Source: an uncultured Moraxellaceae bacterium
GTDB lineage: Bacteria; Pseudomonadota; Gammaproteobacteria; Pseudomonadales; Moraxellaceae
NCBI GenBank assembly: GCA_947085865.1
Contig: CAMTYC010000030.1
Coordinates: 4,418 to 68,417, forward strand
Direction of reading: 5' to 3'
Length of the DNA: 64,000 nt
In this document: piece by piece, positions 20,351 to 30,894 of the stretch
Layout of the letters: each line of letters starts with the position of its first letter
Position numbering within the stretch: position 1 is the first letter of the stretch
The notes under the pieces: model-generated
The model's database searches: none
What the model saw: only the letters and a program-made list of their open reading frames with translations
What the model was told of the DNA's origin: nothing
Made by a program: the position numbers and the translations under genes

Positions 20351-22309
20351 ATGAGTGATGTGGTAGCAATGCCGTCGGTAATGGCGGAGATTTTTGGCGA
20401 TACAGGCCCATTTGCTACCCATGTGCCGGGTTACTTGCCGCGGCAGCCGCAGATTGTCATGGCGAACGCAGTAGCCGATGCATTAAGTACTCAGACTACT
20501 TTATTAGTTGAGGCGGGTACCGGTACTGGTAAAACCTTTGCCTATCTTGTGCCGGCCATCATGTCGGGTCGTAAAACTCTGGTGTCTACTGGCACCAAAA
20601 ACCTACAAGACCAGCTTTTTCATCGTGACTTACCCGCGGTGCGGAAGCTGCTTGGCAAGCCGGTTCGCACCGCCTTGTTAAAAGGTCGCAGCAACTATCT
20701 CTGCCCTTATCGCCTGCAGCTCAGCCAAGATGAGGCCCGTTTGCCAACACGGCAGGCAGTATCTGATCTGCAAAAAGTCGCAGCTTGGGCCAATAAAACC
20801 AAACTGGGTGATATTGCTGAGTTAATTGATATTGCTGAAGACTCAGCGGTATGGCCGCTGGTTACTAGTACAGCCGATAACTGCTTAGGCCAGGCTTGCC
20901 CAGAAATTGAGCGCTGCCCGTTGGTAAAGGCGCGTGCAGATGCTGCTGAAGCCGATATTGTGGTGGTTAATCATCATTTATTTTTTGCTGATAAAGCATT
21001 AAAAGATCGCGGTTTTGGTGAGCTGTTACCACCAGTAGAGGCGGTCATTTTTGATGAGGCGCATCAGTTGCCTGATGTCGCCGCAGTGTTTTTTGGGCAA
21101 AGCCTGTCGTCTCGGCAAATTAACGATTTATTAGCAGATGCCTTGAGAGAGGTGTTAGCAGCTGGTGGTGATCTGGCCAAAATGCACGACTTAGCCAGCC
21201 AAGTGGAGGTTCGTCTAGCTGACTTTCGCTTGCTGTTTGGGGCTGAGCCTCGTAAAGGCGTATGGACTGATGTTGCCGAGTTGGCAGACCTGCCTGATCT
21301 TGTGAGTCAATGCACACAAGCCCTGACCGAAGTGATGCAAGCGTTAGCGTTGCTGCGTGATAAGTCCCGTGGTTTAGAGAATGTACATCGTCGCAGTGAA
21401 GAGTTACTCGACTCATTCATTCAGCTCACCGGCCCTACACCTAAAAACCAAGTGCATTGGTATGAAACCTATAACAAAGGTTTTGTATTGCAGTGGACAC
21501 CTTTAGATGTTGCTCAACCTTTTCGTGAGTTAATGGCGGCGACAACCGGCGCATGGATCATGACGTCGGCCACGTTAGCAGTGCGTGATGACTTTGGTCA
21601 TTTTCGTAGTCAGTTAGGGTTGCCCAAAGACGTTCTAAGCCTGCAACTACCCAGCCCATTTGCTTATGAACAACAAGCGTTGTTTTATGTGCCACGGGGT
21701 TTGCCTGACCCTGGCGATATGAGTTATGGCCAGGCGGTATTAAATGCAGCAATTCCGGTGCTTCGTGCTAGCAAAGGGCGCGCATTTGTCTTGTTTACCT
21801 CGCATCGCGCCTTGAAAGAGGCGGCAGCTTGGCTACCCAATCAACTTGATTACACTTTTTTAGTTCAGGGTACACAGCCGAAAGCGGAGTTATTACGCCG
21901 CTTTGTGGCCACTGAGCAGGCGGTGCTGCTGGCGACGGGAGCCTTCTGGGAAGGTGTTGATGTGCGTGGTGCCGACTTATCTTTAGTGATTATCGATAAA
22001 CTGCCTTTTGCCTCGCCAGCAGACCCTGTCGTGGCCGCACGTTTAAACGCTTACAAAGCGGAAGGCCGCAATCCGTTTGCTGGATTTCAGTTGCCATCCG
22101 CTATCATTGCACTCAAGCAAGGGGCAGGGCGCTTAATTCGCGACGTGAGTGACTTAGGCGTGTTAATGGTCTGTGATCCGCGCTTAGTGGCCAGACCTTA
22201 TGGGCAGTTATTTATTCAGAGTTTGCCGCCCATGCGTCGCACACGATCAGTCGATGAAGTGACCACATTTTTTAAATTTTTAGCCAGTTTGGAGCCGGAT
22301 AGTCCATGA
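20351..22309 (+). CDS. yoaA: ATP-dependent DNA helicase, DinG/YoaA family
   Basis: EAGTGTGKT, KGRSNYLC, Fe-S cysteines NCLGQACPEIERC, DEAH, EGVDV, KQGAGRLIR; adjacent to tsaB. Start uncertain (20342/20351). Confidence 0.92.
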   Translation: MSDVVAMPSVMAEIFGDTGPFATHVPGYLPRQPQIVMANAVADALSTQTTLLVEAGTGTGKTFAYLVPAIMSGRKTLVSTGTKNLQDQLFHRDLPAVRKLLGKPVRTALLKGRSNYLCPYRLQLSQDEARLPTRQAVSDLQKVAAWANKTKLGDIAELIDIAEDSAVWPLVTSTADNCLGQACPEIERCPLVKARADAAEADIVVVNHHLFFADKALKDRGFGELLPPVEAVIFDEAHQLPDVAAVFFGQSLSSRQINDLLADALREVLAAGGDLAKMHDLASQVEVRLADFRLLFGAEPRKGVWTDVAELADLPDLVSQCTQALTEVMQALALLRDKSRGLENVHRRSEELLDSFIQLTGPTPKNQVHWYETYNKGFVLQWTPLDVAQPFRELMAATTGAWIMTSATLAVRDDFGHFRSQLGLPKDVLSLQLPSPFAYEQQALFYVPRGLPDPGDMSYGQAVLNAAIPVLRASKGRAFVLFTSHRALKEAAAWLPNQLDYTFLVQGTQPKAELLRRFVATEQAVLLATGAFWEGVDVRGADLSLVIIDKLPFASPADPVVAARLNAYKAEGRNPFAGFQLPSAIIALKQGAGRLIRDVSDLGVLMVCDPRLVARPYGQLFIQSLPPMRRTRSVDEVTTFFKFLASLEPDSP

Positions 22310-23022
22310 GGCTTTTAGCATTAGAAACAGCCACTGAGTACTGCTCGGTGGCGCTATTAAATGTTGCGGCCGATGGCCAGATCAGTGTGCACTCCGTGGT
22401 TAAGCATGCCCCCCGGCTGCAAACCGAACTGATTTTGCCGATGTTAGATGAGCTGCTGCAGCAAACAGGCACACACTTAAAAGAGTGTGATGCAATTGCT
22501 TACTCTGCTGGCCCTGGCGCTTTTACGGGGGTACGCATAGCGGCCTCTGTAGCACAAGGTTTGGCGTTTGCTTCGGATTTGCCAGTGGTCGCCATTTCCA
22601 GCTTACAAGCGCAGGCTCAGGGCGCTGCACGCCTGCATGCAGTGTCAGCTGTGCTGTCGTGCTTTGATGCACGCATGCAAGAGGTCTATCTTGGTGCTTA
22701 TCATTTGGATGCTAGTGGTTTGATGCAGCCATTAATTGATGAGGTGGTGTGCCGCCCTAATGAAGTACCGTCCTCACTCTGTGTGGTATGGCAAGGGCAT
22801 AGTGAGCATGGTGTTGCGGCAGGTTCTGGTTGGTCAGCGTATGGAGACGTATTGTCTGCGCAGCTTGATGTGGCTCAGCACCATTTAGATGTTATGCCCG
22901 AAGCGCAAGATGTGGCCCGCTTGGCTTTGCCTATTGTGTTGGCTGGTGGTGCTAAGGCACCAGAGCAGGCTTTGCCTGTTTATTTGCGTGACGATGTATG
23001 GAAAAAATTACCGGGGCGATGA
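22306..23022 (+). CDS. tsaB: tRNA t6A biosynthesis protein TsaB
   Basis: LALETATEYCSVAL, GPGAFTGVRI, DARMQEVY, PVYLRD. Confidence 0.96.
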   Translation: MRLLALETATEYCSVALLNVAADGQISVHSVVKHAPRLQTELILPMLDELLQQTGTHLKECDAIAYSAGPGAFTGVRIAASVAQGLAFASDLPVVAISSLQAQAQGAARLHAVSAVLSCFDARMQEVYLGAYHLDASGLMQPLIDEVVCRPNEVPSSLCVVWQGHSEHGVAAGSGWSAYGDVLSAQLDVAQHHLDVMPEAQDVARLALPIVLAGGAKAPEQALPVYLRDDVWKKLPGR

Positions 23023-23023
23023 A

Positions 23024-23473
23024 ATGAAAGCGTTGTCATGGGACTATCCCAACCCGCACGTGATGCAAAGGCAAGTGTTGGTTGAGCATATTGATGTAAT
23101 GAAACACACCAATAATGTGGTCTATCAGCAGTGGATGGAAGATGTTGCGTGGTCCCACTCTGAAACGGTAGGTTTAGGCCCCGCTGAGTATGATGCCTGT
23201 GGATATGGAATGGTGGTGCGCCGCCATGAGCTCAATTATTTGGCGGCCACTTATTTAGATGATGTGTTACTGATTGCGACATGGTTATTGAAGGTCGATA
23301 AACTATCAACACAACGGGTATATCAAATATGTCGTGAGTCTGATGGGCTCACGGTATTTCGTGGTGCGACACATTTGGTGTGCATAGAGATTGCCACGGG
23401 TAAACTTAAACGCATGCCCGCGCATTATTATGAAGCGTATGCGTCACTACAAATAAAGTCAGACCAAACTTAA
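23024..23473 (+). CDS. acyl-CoA thioesterase (4HBT hotdog family)
   Basis: HIDVMKHTNNVVY motif, VVRRHELNY; ATG 23024 directly after the tsaB stop. Confidence 0.88.
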   Translation: MKALSWDYPNPHVMQRQVLVEHIDVMKHTNNVVYQQWMEDVAWSHSETVGLGPAEYDACGYGMVVRRHELNYLAATYLDDVLLIATWLLKVDKLSTQRVYQICRESDGLTVFRGATHLVCIEIATGKLKRMPAHYYEAYASLQIKSDQT

Positions 23474-23482
23474 GGGGTTGTT

Positions 23483-24307
23483 GTGGATTTTCTTCTATAT
23501 TTTCAAGCGTTTGTTCTGGGCATTATTGAAGGTTTGACCGAGTTTATTCCAGTCTCTAGCACCGGCCATTTGATTATTGCTGCGGAGTTGATGGACTTTT
23601 GGACGCATGAAAAACGTGTGGTGTTTGAAATTTCGATTCAATTAGGCGCTATTTTAGCGGTGGTGTTTGATTATCGACAGCGATTAACGCGGGCCGCTGT
23701 TGGTTTTGTACAGAAAGAGCCGGTGTCACAGCGTTTTGTATTTAATATTTTGATCGCCTTTATGCCAGCTGCTGTTATTGGATTTTTTGCCATCGGTTTT
23801 ATCCACGACAAACTATTTGACCCTATGGTGGTTGCATCAGCTCTTATTCTGGGTGGGATCATTATTCTCCTTGTTGAAAAGCGTGCTCACTTGGTACGGG
23901 TAAATGAAGTTGAAGACATGCGTTGGCATGACGCTTTAAAGGTTGGGTTTTTCCAATGTCTCGCGATGATCCCTGGCACCTCACGCTCTGGTGCCACGAT
24001 TATTGGTGGTTTGTGGATGGGTCTATCGCGTAAAGCGGCGGCTGAGTTTTCATTCTTTTTAGCAATTCCCACCATGATTGGCGCTACGGTGTATTCGGTT
24101 TACGTCCATCGTGACGAATTTATTCTGTCAGACTTCCCTGTATTTGCCATTGGTTTTGTCATGGCTTTTATCGCTGCTGCTATTGTGGTTAGAGCGTTAG
24201 TTAGCTTTGTGTCACGCCATGGTTTTACTGTATTTGCCTGGTATCGAATTGGTTTCGGCGCTTTGATTTGGCTCTCTGCTGGAACGGGTTGGATTCAATG
24301 GAATTAA
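23483..24307 (+). CDS. uppP: undecaprenyl-diphosphate phosphatase
   Basis: GIIEGLTEFIPVSSTGHL, PGTSRSGATI, AEFSFFLAIP. Confidence 0.97.
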   Translation: MDFLLYFQAFVLGIIEGLTEFIPVSSTGHLIIAAELMDFWTHEKRVVFEISIQLGAILAVVFDYRQRLTRAAVGFVQKEPVSQRFVFNILIAFMPAAVIGFFAIGFIHDKLFDPMVVASALILGGIIILLVEKRAHLVRVNEVEDMRWHDALKVGFFQCLAMIPGTSRSGATIIGGLWMGLSRKAAAEFSFFLAIPTMIGATVYSVYVHRDEFILSDFPVFAIGFVMAFIAAAIVVRALVSFVSRHGFTVFAWYRIGFGALIWLSAGTGWIQWN

Positions 24308-25122
24308 ATACTTCCCCGTTGAGGCTTTTTGCTGATAGCACCAGTGTGCTCGAAGCAAAACCTTGGGTGGAGCAGCTAGGTGCAAAGCTGACAGTCATTA
24401 TGGACCGTCGCCGTGAGTTGCCTGCTGCAATGGCGAGCACTGCTTGGGGGCTGTGGTTTGATCAGGATGGCTTAGGTCTTCAAGTAAATGAAAAACCATT
24501 GCCCGCACCGGTAAGGGCCGACTTTGTTGCTGGTACAATTCGGTGGCGAACGCAGCCTGGGCGTGGTGCGGCCGGAGAGATGGTAGCTCGTGCCTGTGGT
24601 GTCCGTCGTGGTGCCACGCCGCGTGTGTTGGATGCTACTGCTGGTTTGGGGCGCGATGCATGGATATTGGCAAGCTTGGGCAGCTCGGTACAGCTTTGTG
24701 AGCGTTCGCCAATTATTGCCGCCCTGTTGGCATCTGGTTTGGCTAAGGCACGAACAGTTGTTAAGGTTGCTGATACGGCTAATCGTATGCAGTTAATGAC
24801 AGCTGATGCGCATATGGTGTTAGCAGGTCTCAGTGACATGCCCGCTGCACAACGACCTGAAGTGGTTTATTTAGACCCGATGTTCCCGCATCGTGAAAAG
24901 TCTGCGTTGGTTAAGTTAGATATGCGTGTGTTCCGCCAAGTGGTTGGGGAAGACAATGATGCCGATACGCTGTTGGCATTGGCGCGTCAGGTGGCAACAA
25001 AACGTGTGGTAGTTAAGCGGCCTCGACTTGCACCAGATTTAGCTGGCTTGGCGCCGCATGAGCGGCTGCTTGGGCAAAGCAGCCGCTTTGACTTATATAC
25101 ACCTGCGTTAAAAGCGACTTAG
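24298..25122 (+). CDS. rsmJ: 16S rRNA m2G1516 methyltransferase
   Basis: VLDATAGLGRDA, ERSP, YLDPMFP, RVVVKRP, RFDLY. Confidence 0.93.
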   Translation: MELNTSPLRLFADSTSVLEAKPWVEQLGAKLTVIMDRRRELPAAMASTAWGLWFDQDGLGLQVNEKPLPAPVRADFVAGTIRWRTQPGRGAAGEMVARACGVRRGATPRVLDATAGLGRDAWILASLGSSVQLCERSPIIAALLASGLAKARTVVKVADTANRMQLMTADAHMVLAGLSDMPAAQRPEVVYLDPMFPHREKSALVKLDMRVFRQVVGEDNDADTLLALARQVATKRVVVKRPRLAPDLAGLAPHERLLGQSSRFDLYTPALKAT

Positions 25123-27656
25123 GCTGCTTTTGATTTGCGATTCTCTTTCTTTTGACGAGCATCTTCCAGCGCTTGTAGTGCGCTGTTGACCTCTTCATCG
25201 GTAATCAATGTAACTTGTAAGATAGCCTGACGAATACCGCTAGGTAGTACCTCAAGCGACTGCTCTGCTAGACGCGTTAAGCGGTCATCAAAAACCAACT
25301 GCCCTTGCGGCGTAGCAAACAAATAATCAAGACGCTTCAGTGTATCTAGAAAGCCACGGAACAATGCCTTATCAAAGAACTCTGGCGCGCTAAACTCACG
25401 CACCAATGACAGCCGTTGAGCCAGTAAATGACATAGCTCTTCGAGCTGTTGCTGAGTTAGCTTGCCTGATCCGCGCTGGCTTAGAATCGTTATTGTCATG
25501 TAATAACGCACTAGGGTTTGACGAAGGGCGCGGCTTAATACATGTAATCTGCCATGCTCTTCACTGCTGCTCGCGGGTGGTGCTAAACAACCGCCAGACT
25601 TTTCACGCACTAAGCCGTTCGCGATAAAGACTTCCAAATAACGATCTAGCAGTGATGCTAGATCTTCTGGTTCGGCCTTTAAGAACAATTCGGCACGCAA
25701 GAACGGATATACCGACTGCATTTGCTGCAGCAGCATGTCGCGAGAGATTTCGCCACGTTGCAAAATCAATACCGCAATCAGTGAGGGTAGGGCAAACATA
25801 TGCAGCGTGTTGTTGCGGAAGTAGGTCATTAATACACCTTCTTCTTCATGCAAATACAGCAGGTCACCAAGTGGATGTTTACGGCGTTGCAGGATTTTCA
25901 GTTCCTCGCCATAGGCCACAACTTCTTGGCCATTCATTTCGGTGATTTGGATGTTTTTGCTATACGGAACAACTTTCAGCAAATCTAAGTACATATCAAT
26001 TTGCTGTGCCAATTGGTCTTCATCAATGGCGTGTTTTGGTGTGGACAACAACACCGTGCTAATCAAGTTAACCGGGTTGACTACAGCAGCCGCATTGATT
26101 GAGGTCGTGATGAGCTGGCCAATACGTTGGGATGCTTTGCTAAAGCCAGCTGCTTCGGCGGCTTTATCTGGCTCAGTGCGCCAGTTGGGTAGCTCGCTGT
26201 CTAAAATATCATTTAGATAAATAGGCTGGCCAAAGCTTAGATGCACTTTGCCAAACACTTTTTGTAGCTTACGAATCGACATGATGAGTGAAAAAAGATT
26301 TTCTTTTTCTTTAGGCTTGCCCTGTAACTCACCAATATAGGTTGATCCTTCCATGAGTTTTTCGTAGCCAATATAGGCTGGAATAAACACTAATGGCCGG
26401 TGTGGGTCACGTAAGTAACTACGCATAGTCATATTCACCATGCCGAGTTTTGCCGAGAGCAAACGGCCGGTTCGACTACGACCGCCTTCAACAAAATACT
26501 CGATTGGAAAGCCGCCGCTGACCATTTGGTGTAAGTATTCATGGAATACCGCACCGTATAGGAAGTTGTCTTTGAAGCTGCGACGTAAGAAAAATGCACC
26601 CGCACGACGAAGTAGACTGCCTACTACTGGCATATTGAGGTTGGCACCAGCAGCGATATGAGGGGACATCAGGCCGCGAGTGAAGATCACATAAGACAAC
26701 AACAGGTAGTCGATATGGCTGCGGTGGCAGGGCACATATATGACTTCATGATCGAGCGCATGTTTTTCGACCATTTCAAAGTTGTGCACGTTGATGCCGT
26801 TATATAAACGTGTCCACAGCCAGGTTAGGAAAATTTCGAAAAAACGCAGTACGGAATATGAGAAGTCTGAAGCAATTTCATTGCCATACATTCTGGCGCG
26901 AGCTTGAGCAGACTCTAGCGTAACGCCACGCTCAGAGACTTCACGCGCAATAGCGTTTTGCACATTGTCAGAGCGCATGAGTTCATTGAGCAAGGTGCGA
27001 CGGTGTGACATGTCAGGGCCAATGGCAGCGGTACGCTCACGTCTAAAGTGAACACGCAGCACCCGTGATACTTTACGAACAGTGAGTTCGGTATTTCGAT
27101 TTTCGTCACAGTATTGCCGCAGCGATAAAGGGGGGCTCAGTTTCATCATGGTCATACGACCATGAATAATGATGGTAATCAGTTGTTTTAGCGCACTGGG
27201 GGTGGCCCAGCTATCGGCAAACAGTGCTTTAAACCATGAGCTTTGTTTGTCTGGCGAGCGCCCCCAAAAAATAGTCACGAGGACTAATTGCACATCGAGT
27301 GTAGGGTCTAACTTAACTGCTTCGATGAGGCTTTCAAGGCGCGGCGAGTAACGATGCTTAGGCTTAGTAAATGGCATGGGTTCGCCACGTGTTAACGAGA
27401 GCACGGCATAACGCTCACGTAAGCTGTGTTCACGCATCGACTTTAACGGCCTAGGCAGGCTTAAATTGATGGCTTCGGTTTCAAGCGTTAGTGCATTCGA
27501 TAACATGCGGTTGGGCAGGACATAACACACTGGTTTATTGGGATCGATACCTAAGCTGCTGAGGTTTGCCGGTAGGACTTGCACCTTTATCCACAAACCA
27601 ATTAATTTGCGGGTGATTAAAAGCAATAAGTGCTCAATACCTAACCAACGTAGCAT
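25119..27656 (-). CDS. plsB: glycerol-3-phosphate 1-O-acyltransferase
   Basis: HX4D motif CHRSHIDY, GAFFLRR, YFVEGGRSRTG, PEFFDK. Confidence 0.96.
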   Translation of the reverse strand: MLRWLGIEHLLLLITRKLIGLWIKVQVLPANLSSLGIDPNKPVCYVLPNRMLSNALTLETEAINLSLPRPLKSMREHSLRERYAVLSLTRGEPMPFTKPKHRYSPRLESLIEAVKLDPTLDVQLVLVTIFWGRSPDKQSSWFKALFADSWATPSALKQLITIIIHGRMTMMKLSPPLSLRQYCDENRNTELTVRKVSRVLRVHFRRERTAAIGPDMSHRRTLLNELMRSDNVQNAIAREVSERGVTLESAQARARMYGNEIASDFSYSVLRFFEIFLTWLWTRLYNGINVHNFEMVEKHALDHEVIYVPCHRSHIDYLLLSYVIFTRGLMSPHIAAGANLNMPVVGSLLRRAGAFFLRRSFKDNFLYGAVFHEYLHQMVSGGFPIEYFVEGGRSRTGRLLSAKLGMVNMTMRSYLRDPHRPLVFIPAYIGYEKLMEGSTYIGELQGKPKEKENLFSLIMSIRKLQKVFGKVHLSFGQPIYLNDILDSELPNWRTEPDKAAEAAGFSKASQRIGQLITTSINAAAVVNPVNLISTVLLSTPKHAIDEDQLAQQIDMYLDLLKVVPYSKNIQITEMNGQEVVAYGEELKILQRRKHPLGDLLYLHEEEGVLMTYFRNNTLHMFALPSLIAVLILQRGEISRDMLLQQMQSVYPFLRAELFLKAEPEDLASLLDRYLEVFIANGLVREKSGGCLAPPASSSEEHGRLHVLSRALRQTLVRYYMTITILSQRGSGKLTQQQLEELCHLLAQRLSLVREFSAPEFFDKALFRGFLDTLKRLDYLFATPQGQLVFDDRLTRLAEQSLEVLPSGIRQAILQVTLITDEEVNSALQALEDARQKKENRKSKAA

Positions 27657-27807
27657 ATAAATGTCCTATCAAAAAAACGCCTACAACACTGTTCTTTGTT
27701 GTTATGCCCGAATGGGCTGTGCCTGCAGGCAGTGTAACAAAACATTGACGGTTTCTGTCTGCTATTCTTAGCAGCTTGTCAGGCTATCCAGCCACTTAGG
27801 AGTAGCG

Positions 27808-28677
27808 ATGTCTAATGTTATGCAAGAGCTATTAAAGCTACTAGATTTGGAAACGATTGAAATCAATTTGTTTCGCGGCCAAAGCCAAGACTACTTTGGT
27901 AAGAACGTCTTTGGTGGCCAAGTGCTGGGGCAGGCACTAATGGCGGCAGGGCGAACTGTTGAGAATCGTCTGGCACATTCGTTACATGCGTATTTTCTGC
28001 GGCCTGGTGATGCTCATGCGCCGATTGTTTACGATGTTGAACGTGTGCGCGATGGCCGTAGCTTTACCACGCGAACGGTTAAAGCTATTCAGCATGGTGA
28101 AATTATTTTTACCATGATGGCATCATTTGCCGAGGCCGAAGACGGTTTGGATCACCAGTTTGATATGCCAAGTGATTGGCCTGAGCCAGAGTCTTTGCCA
28201 AGCGAGTTGGATTTGCGTCGTTTGATTGCTCCGCATGTGTCGGAAAAGCAGCGGCCTTTTTTCGAGATGGAGCGTCCCATCGATTTAAAGCTGATTAATC
28301 CTGTTAATCCATTTTCACCCGACAAGCGTGAGCCTGAGCGGGCGCATTGGATGAAATCACAAATTGCACTACCGGATGACCCATTTTTACATCAGTGTAT
28401 TTTGGCCTTTGCTTCTGATTTTGCCTTTATGTCGACGGCGATGTTGCCACATGCCATTACGTTTATGCATCCTGGTTTTCAGGGCGCTAGCATTGATCAC
28501 GCCATGTGGTTTCACCGACCGTTTCGTATGGATGAATGGTTGCTCTACACTATGGATGCACCGTCCGCTTCATCGGCAAAGGGCATGAATCGTGGTTTGA
28601 TTTATACCCGTGATGGCCGCTTGATTGCGTCAACAGCGCAAGAAGGCTTGATGCGAGTACGTCCGCCTAAGTCTTAA
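27808..28677 (+). CDS. tesB: acyl-CoA thioesterase II
   Basis: VFGGQVLGQAL, HSLHAYFLRPGD, RDGRSF, ASIDHAMWFH, QEGL. Confidence 0.96.
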   Translation: MSNVMQELLKLLDLETIEINLFRGQSQDYFGKNVFGGQVLGQALMAAGRTVENRLAHSLHAYFLRPGDAHAPIVYDVERVRDGRSFTTRTVKAIQHGEIIFTMMASFAEAEDGLDHQFDMPSDWPEPESLPSELDLRRLIAPHVSEKQRPFFEMERPIDLKLINPVNPFSPDKREPERAHWMKSQIALPDDPFLHQCILAFASDFAFMSTAMLPHAITFMHPGFQGASIDHAMWFHRPFRMDEWLLYTMDAPSASSAKGMNRGLIYTRDGRLIASTAQEGLMRVRPPKS

Positions 28678-29880
28678 CTAGGCTTTGATGGGGCGCATAA
28701 AGCTGACCACATTGCTGTTAGGCGCAAGTTCTGGATGTAGAAATTGACGCAATTCAATTTCTCGTTCACGCGCATCGTCATAACCGAGTTGCATGACGGC
28801 ACGGGTATAGGACTGTTCAAACAGCAGGTAACTTAGCAAGTTAGAGCCTGCCCGTTTGAACATGCCTGAGCCGCGGACAAAAAGTCGAATGGAGCGAGGC
28901 AGCTCATGAGCATATCGTGACGCTAACTCTTCCAAGCGTTCAACAGAGGGAGATAACACCAAGTGTTCAACAGGCCTTAGTGTGGTGTGTGCCGCCAGTT
29001 GTTCCGGTGTTAGTAGGCCTAAGGTTCTATTAATTCGACTCAAGCGCTCCAAGTCCATTTCTAGGCTATCAACAAATGAACTGTTCATGATTTGGCCCAA
29101 GATCTGCGCCAAGCTGGGGTAGCCATCAGCCATCCGGCGAACTTGGACGCTTTCACCGCGACCTGAACCAATCACCAAGATGCGTCGAGCACCAAGATGC
29201 AATGCTGGGCTGACAGGGGCTAATTGCCTTAATGCACCATCACCATAGTACTCGTTGTTTACACGCACCGCAGGGAATAGCAAAGGGATGGCTGCTGAAG
29301 CCATTAGGTGTTCGATTTCGAGGGTGGTTTTAATGCCCCGGCGGCGTGCCCTTTGCCAGTCGACTAGATCGGGAGCTCCTTGATAAAAGCTGGTTGAGTC
29401 GCCACGCGAATAGCTACAAGCAGTAATACAGAGTGCACGTAGGTGGCCGGACTCAATCACCGCTGGCAGTGATTTTAAATTCAGTGTTTTGGTGAGCAAA
29501 GCGGCTAAGGGTGCATTGTCGAGTAAAGATACTGGATCTGAGCGGTTATAAAGACCAAAGGATAGGTTAGCTAACCAACGAAAAGCACTGCTTAAGACAC
29601 CGGGCCAGTCAGTGCGAAATACTTGTTCACAACTAAAGTTGCTCCAGATTTCTTCGAGTTTGGCGACACCATCGCCAAAGCATGCAGCATTGACTGCAAG
29701 TCCGACTGCATTGAGCCCACCAGCAGAGGTGCCACAAATAATCGAGAATGGGTTGCCGCAGTAGGGTGGCATGAACTCGTTGATTGCGCGTAATGCACCG
29801 ACTTGATAGGCTGCGCGGGCACCACCACCGGTTAATACCAGTGCGGTGGGGCTAGGCTGATCAGAGGCTGTTTGCTGCAT
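28678..29880 (-). CDS. patatin-like phospholipase
   Basis: LTGGGARAAYQVG, GTSAG nucleophile, ASAAIP, DGA; GGAG before ATG 29880. Confidence 0.92.
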   Translation of the reverse strand: MQQTASDQPSPTALVLTGGGARAAYQVGALRAINEFMPPYCGNPFSIICGTSAGGLNAVGLAVNAACFGDGVAKLEEIWSNFSCEQVFRTDWPGVLSSAFRWLANLSFGLYNRSDPVSLLDNAPLAALLTKTLNLKSLPAVIESGHLRALCITACSYSRGDSTSFYQGAPDLVDWQRARRRGIKTTLEIEHLMASAAIPLLFPAVRVNNEYYGDGALRQLAPVSPALHLGARRILVIGSGRGESVQVRRMADGYPSLAQILGQIMNSSFVDSLEMDLERLSRINRTLGLLTPEQLAAHTTLRPVEHLVLSPSVERLEELASRYAHELPRSIRLFVRGSGMFKRAGSNLLSYLLFEQSYTRAVMQLGYDDAREREIELRQFLHPELAPNSNVVSFMRPIKA

Positions 29881-29952
29881 GTCCGGCTCCACTGATGAAG
29901 CATTTGAATCAATGCGTTTTTCTCTCTGTTACAGAATCCACTCAAGGTTGGC

Positions 29953-30894
29953 ATGAAACAGTCGCAAACCGGTAAAAATTTGTTGTTAATCATTGCCTGT
30001 GTTGCATTGCTGTTTGCCAATGTGGTTCATGATTTGCCGAAGGGCGACTTAGGTCAAGAAATATTGCTAGAACTTCGTCTGCCACGATTGTTGTTAGCAA
30101 TCTTGGCTGGCGCTGCATTGGGCTTGGCAGGGCTTTGGTTACAAACACTATTTCGTCATGCCTTGGTAGAGCCTGGTTTATTAGGTGTATCGGCAGGTTC
30201 ATCCTTGGCCGCTGTCATCGCCCTCATGTTTTGGCAGCACATGATCTGGGTGTTACCCGTTGCAGCCGTCGTGGGCGCTTTATTAACGTTGACTCTAGTG
30301 CTCTTATTAGCGCGTCGTTTTCAACTGCAGGCTGAAGCCTTGTTATTGGTCGGTGTGGCGCTCAGTGCCTTGGCCGCTGCCATCGCTCAGTTGCTGCTGA
30401 TTTTAAGTCCTGACCAAACATTACGAGCGGCGAGCTTTTGGTTTATGGGCAGTTTTGCCTATGCCCAGTGGCCATCATTGCTTGCTGGTTGGTTGGTTTT
30501 CTTGAGCCTAGCGTTATGGAGTTTAAAACAGGCGGGTAGCTTTGATGTTTGGCTGTTAGGCGAGCGTGAGGCAGGGTATTTAGGCTTGCCGGTGAAGCGG
30601 TTTCGTCGCCAAGTGATTTGGGCTAGCGCCATTTTGGTGGGTGTAGTGGTGGCACAAGCCGGCAGTGTTGCCTTTATTGGCTTGATGGCACCGCATATCG
30701 CCAGCCGTCTATTTGGTTGCCATCACCGTGCGATGATCCCCGGAGTGATAGTGGTGGGCGCCTTGTTGACGCTGCTTGCTGACACATTGTCCATGCGTTT
30801 ATTGGCACCTATGGAGCTGCCAGTAGGCATTATGACAGCACTCTTTGGCGCACCATTTTTTCTGTATGTGCTGTATCAGCGGTGGCAGCAATGA
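29953..30894 (+). CDS. FecCD/BtuC/HmuU-family ABC permease
   Basis: LRLPR, LFR..LVEPGLLGVSAG, LGEREAGYLG, FIGLMAPH, ELPVG, GAPFF. Confidence 0.92.
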   Translation: MKQSQTGKNLLLIIACVALLFANVVHDLPKGDLGQEILLELRLPRLLLAILAGAALGLAGLWLQTLFRHALVEPGLLGVSAGSSLAAVIALMFWQHMIWVLPVAAVVGALLTLTLVLLLARRFQLQAEALLLVGVALSALAAAIAQLLLILSPDQTLRAASFWFMGSFAYAQWPSLLAGWLVFLSLALWSLKQAGSFDVWLLGEREAGYLGLPVKRFRRQVIWASAILVGVVVAQAGSVAFIGLMAPHIASRLFGCHHRAMIPGVIVVGALLTLLADTLSMRLLAPMELPVGIMTALFGAPFFLYVLYQRWQQ

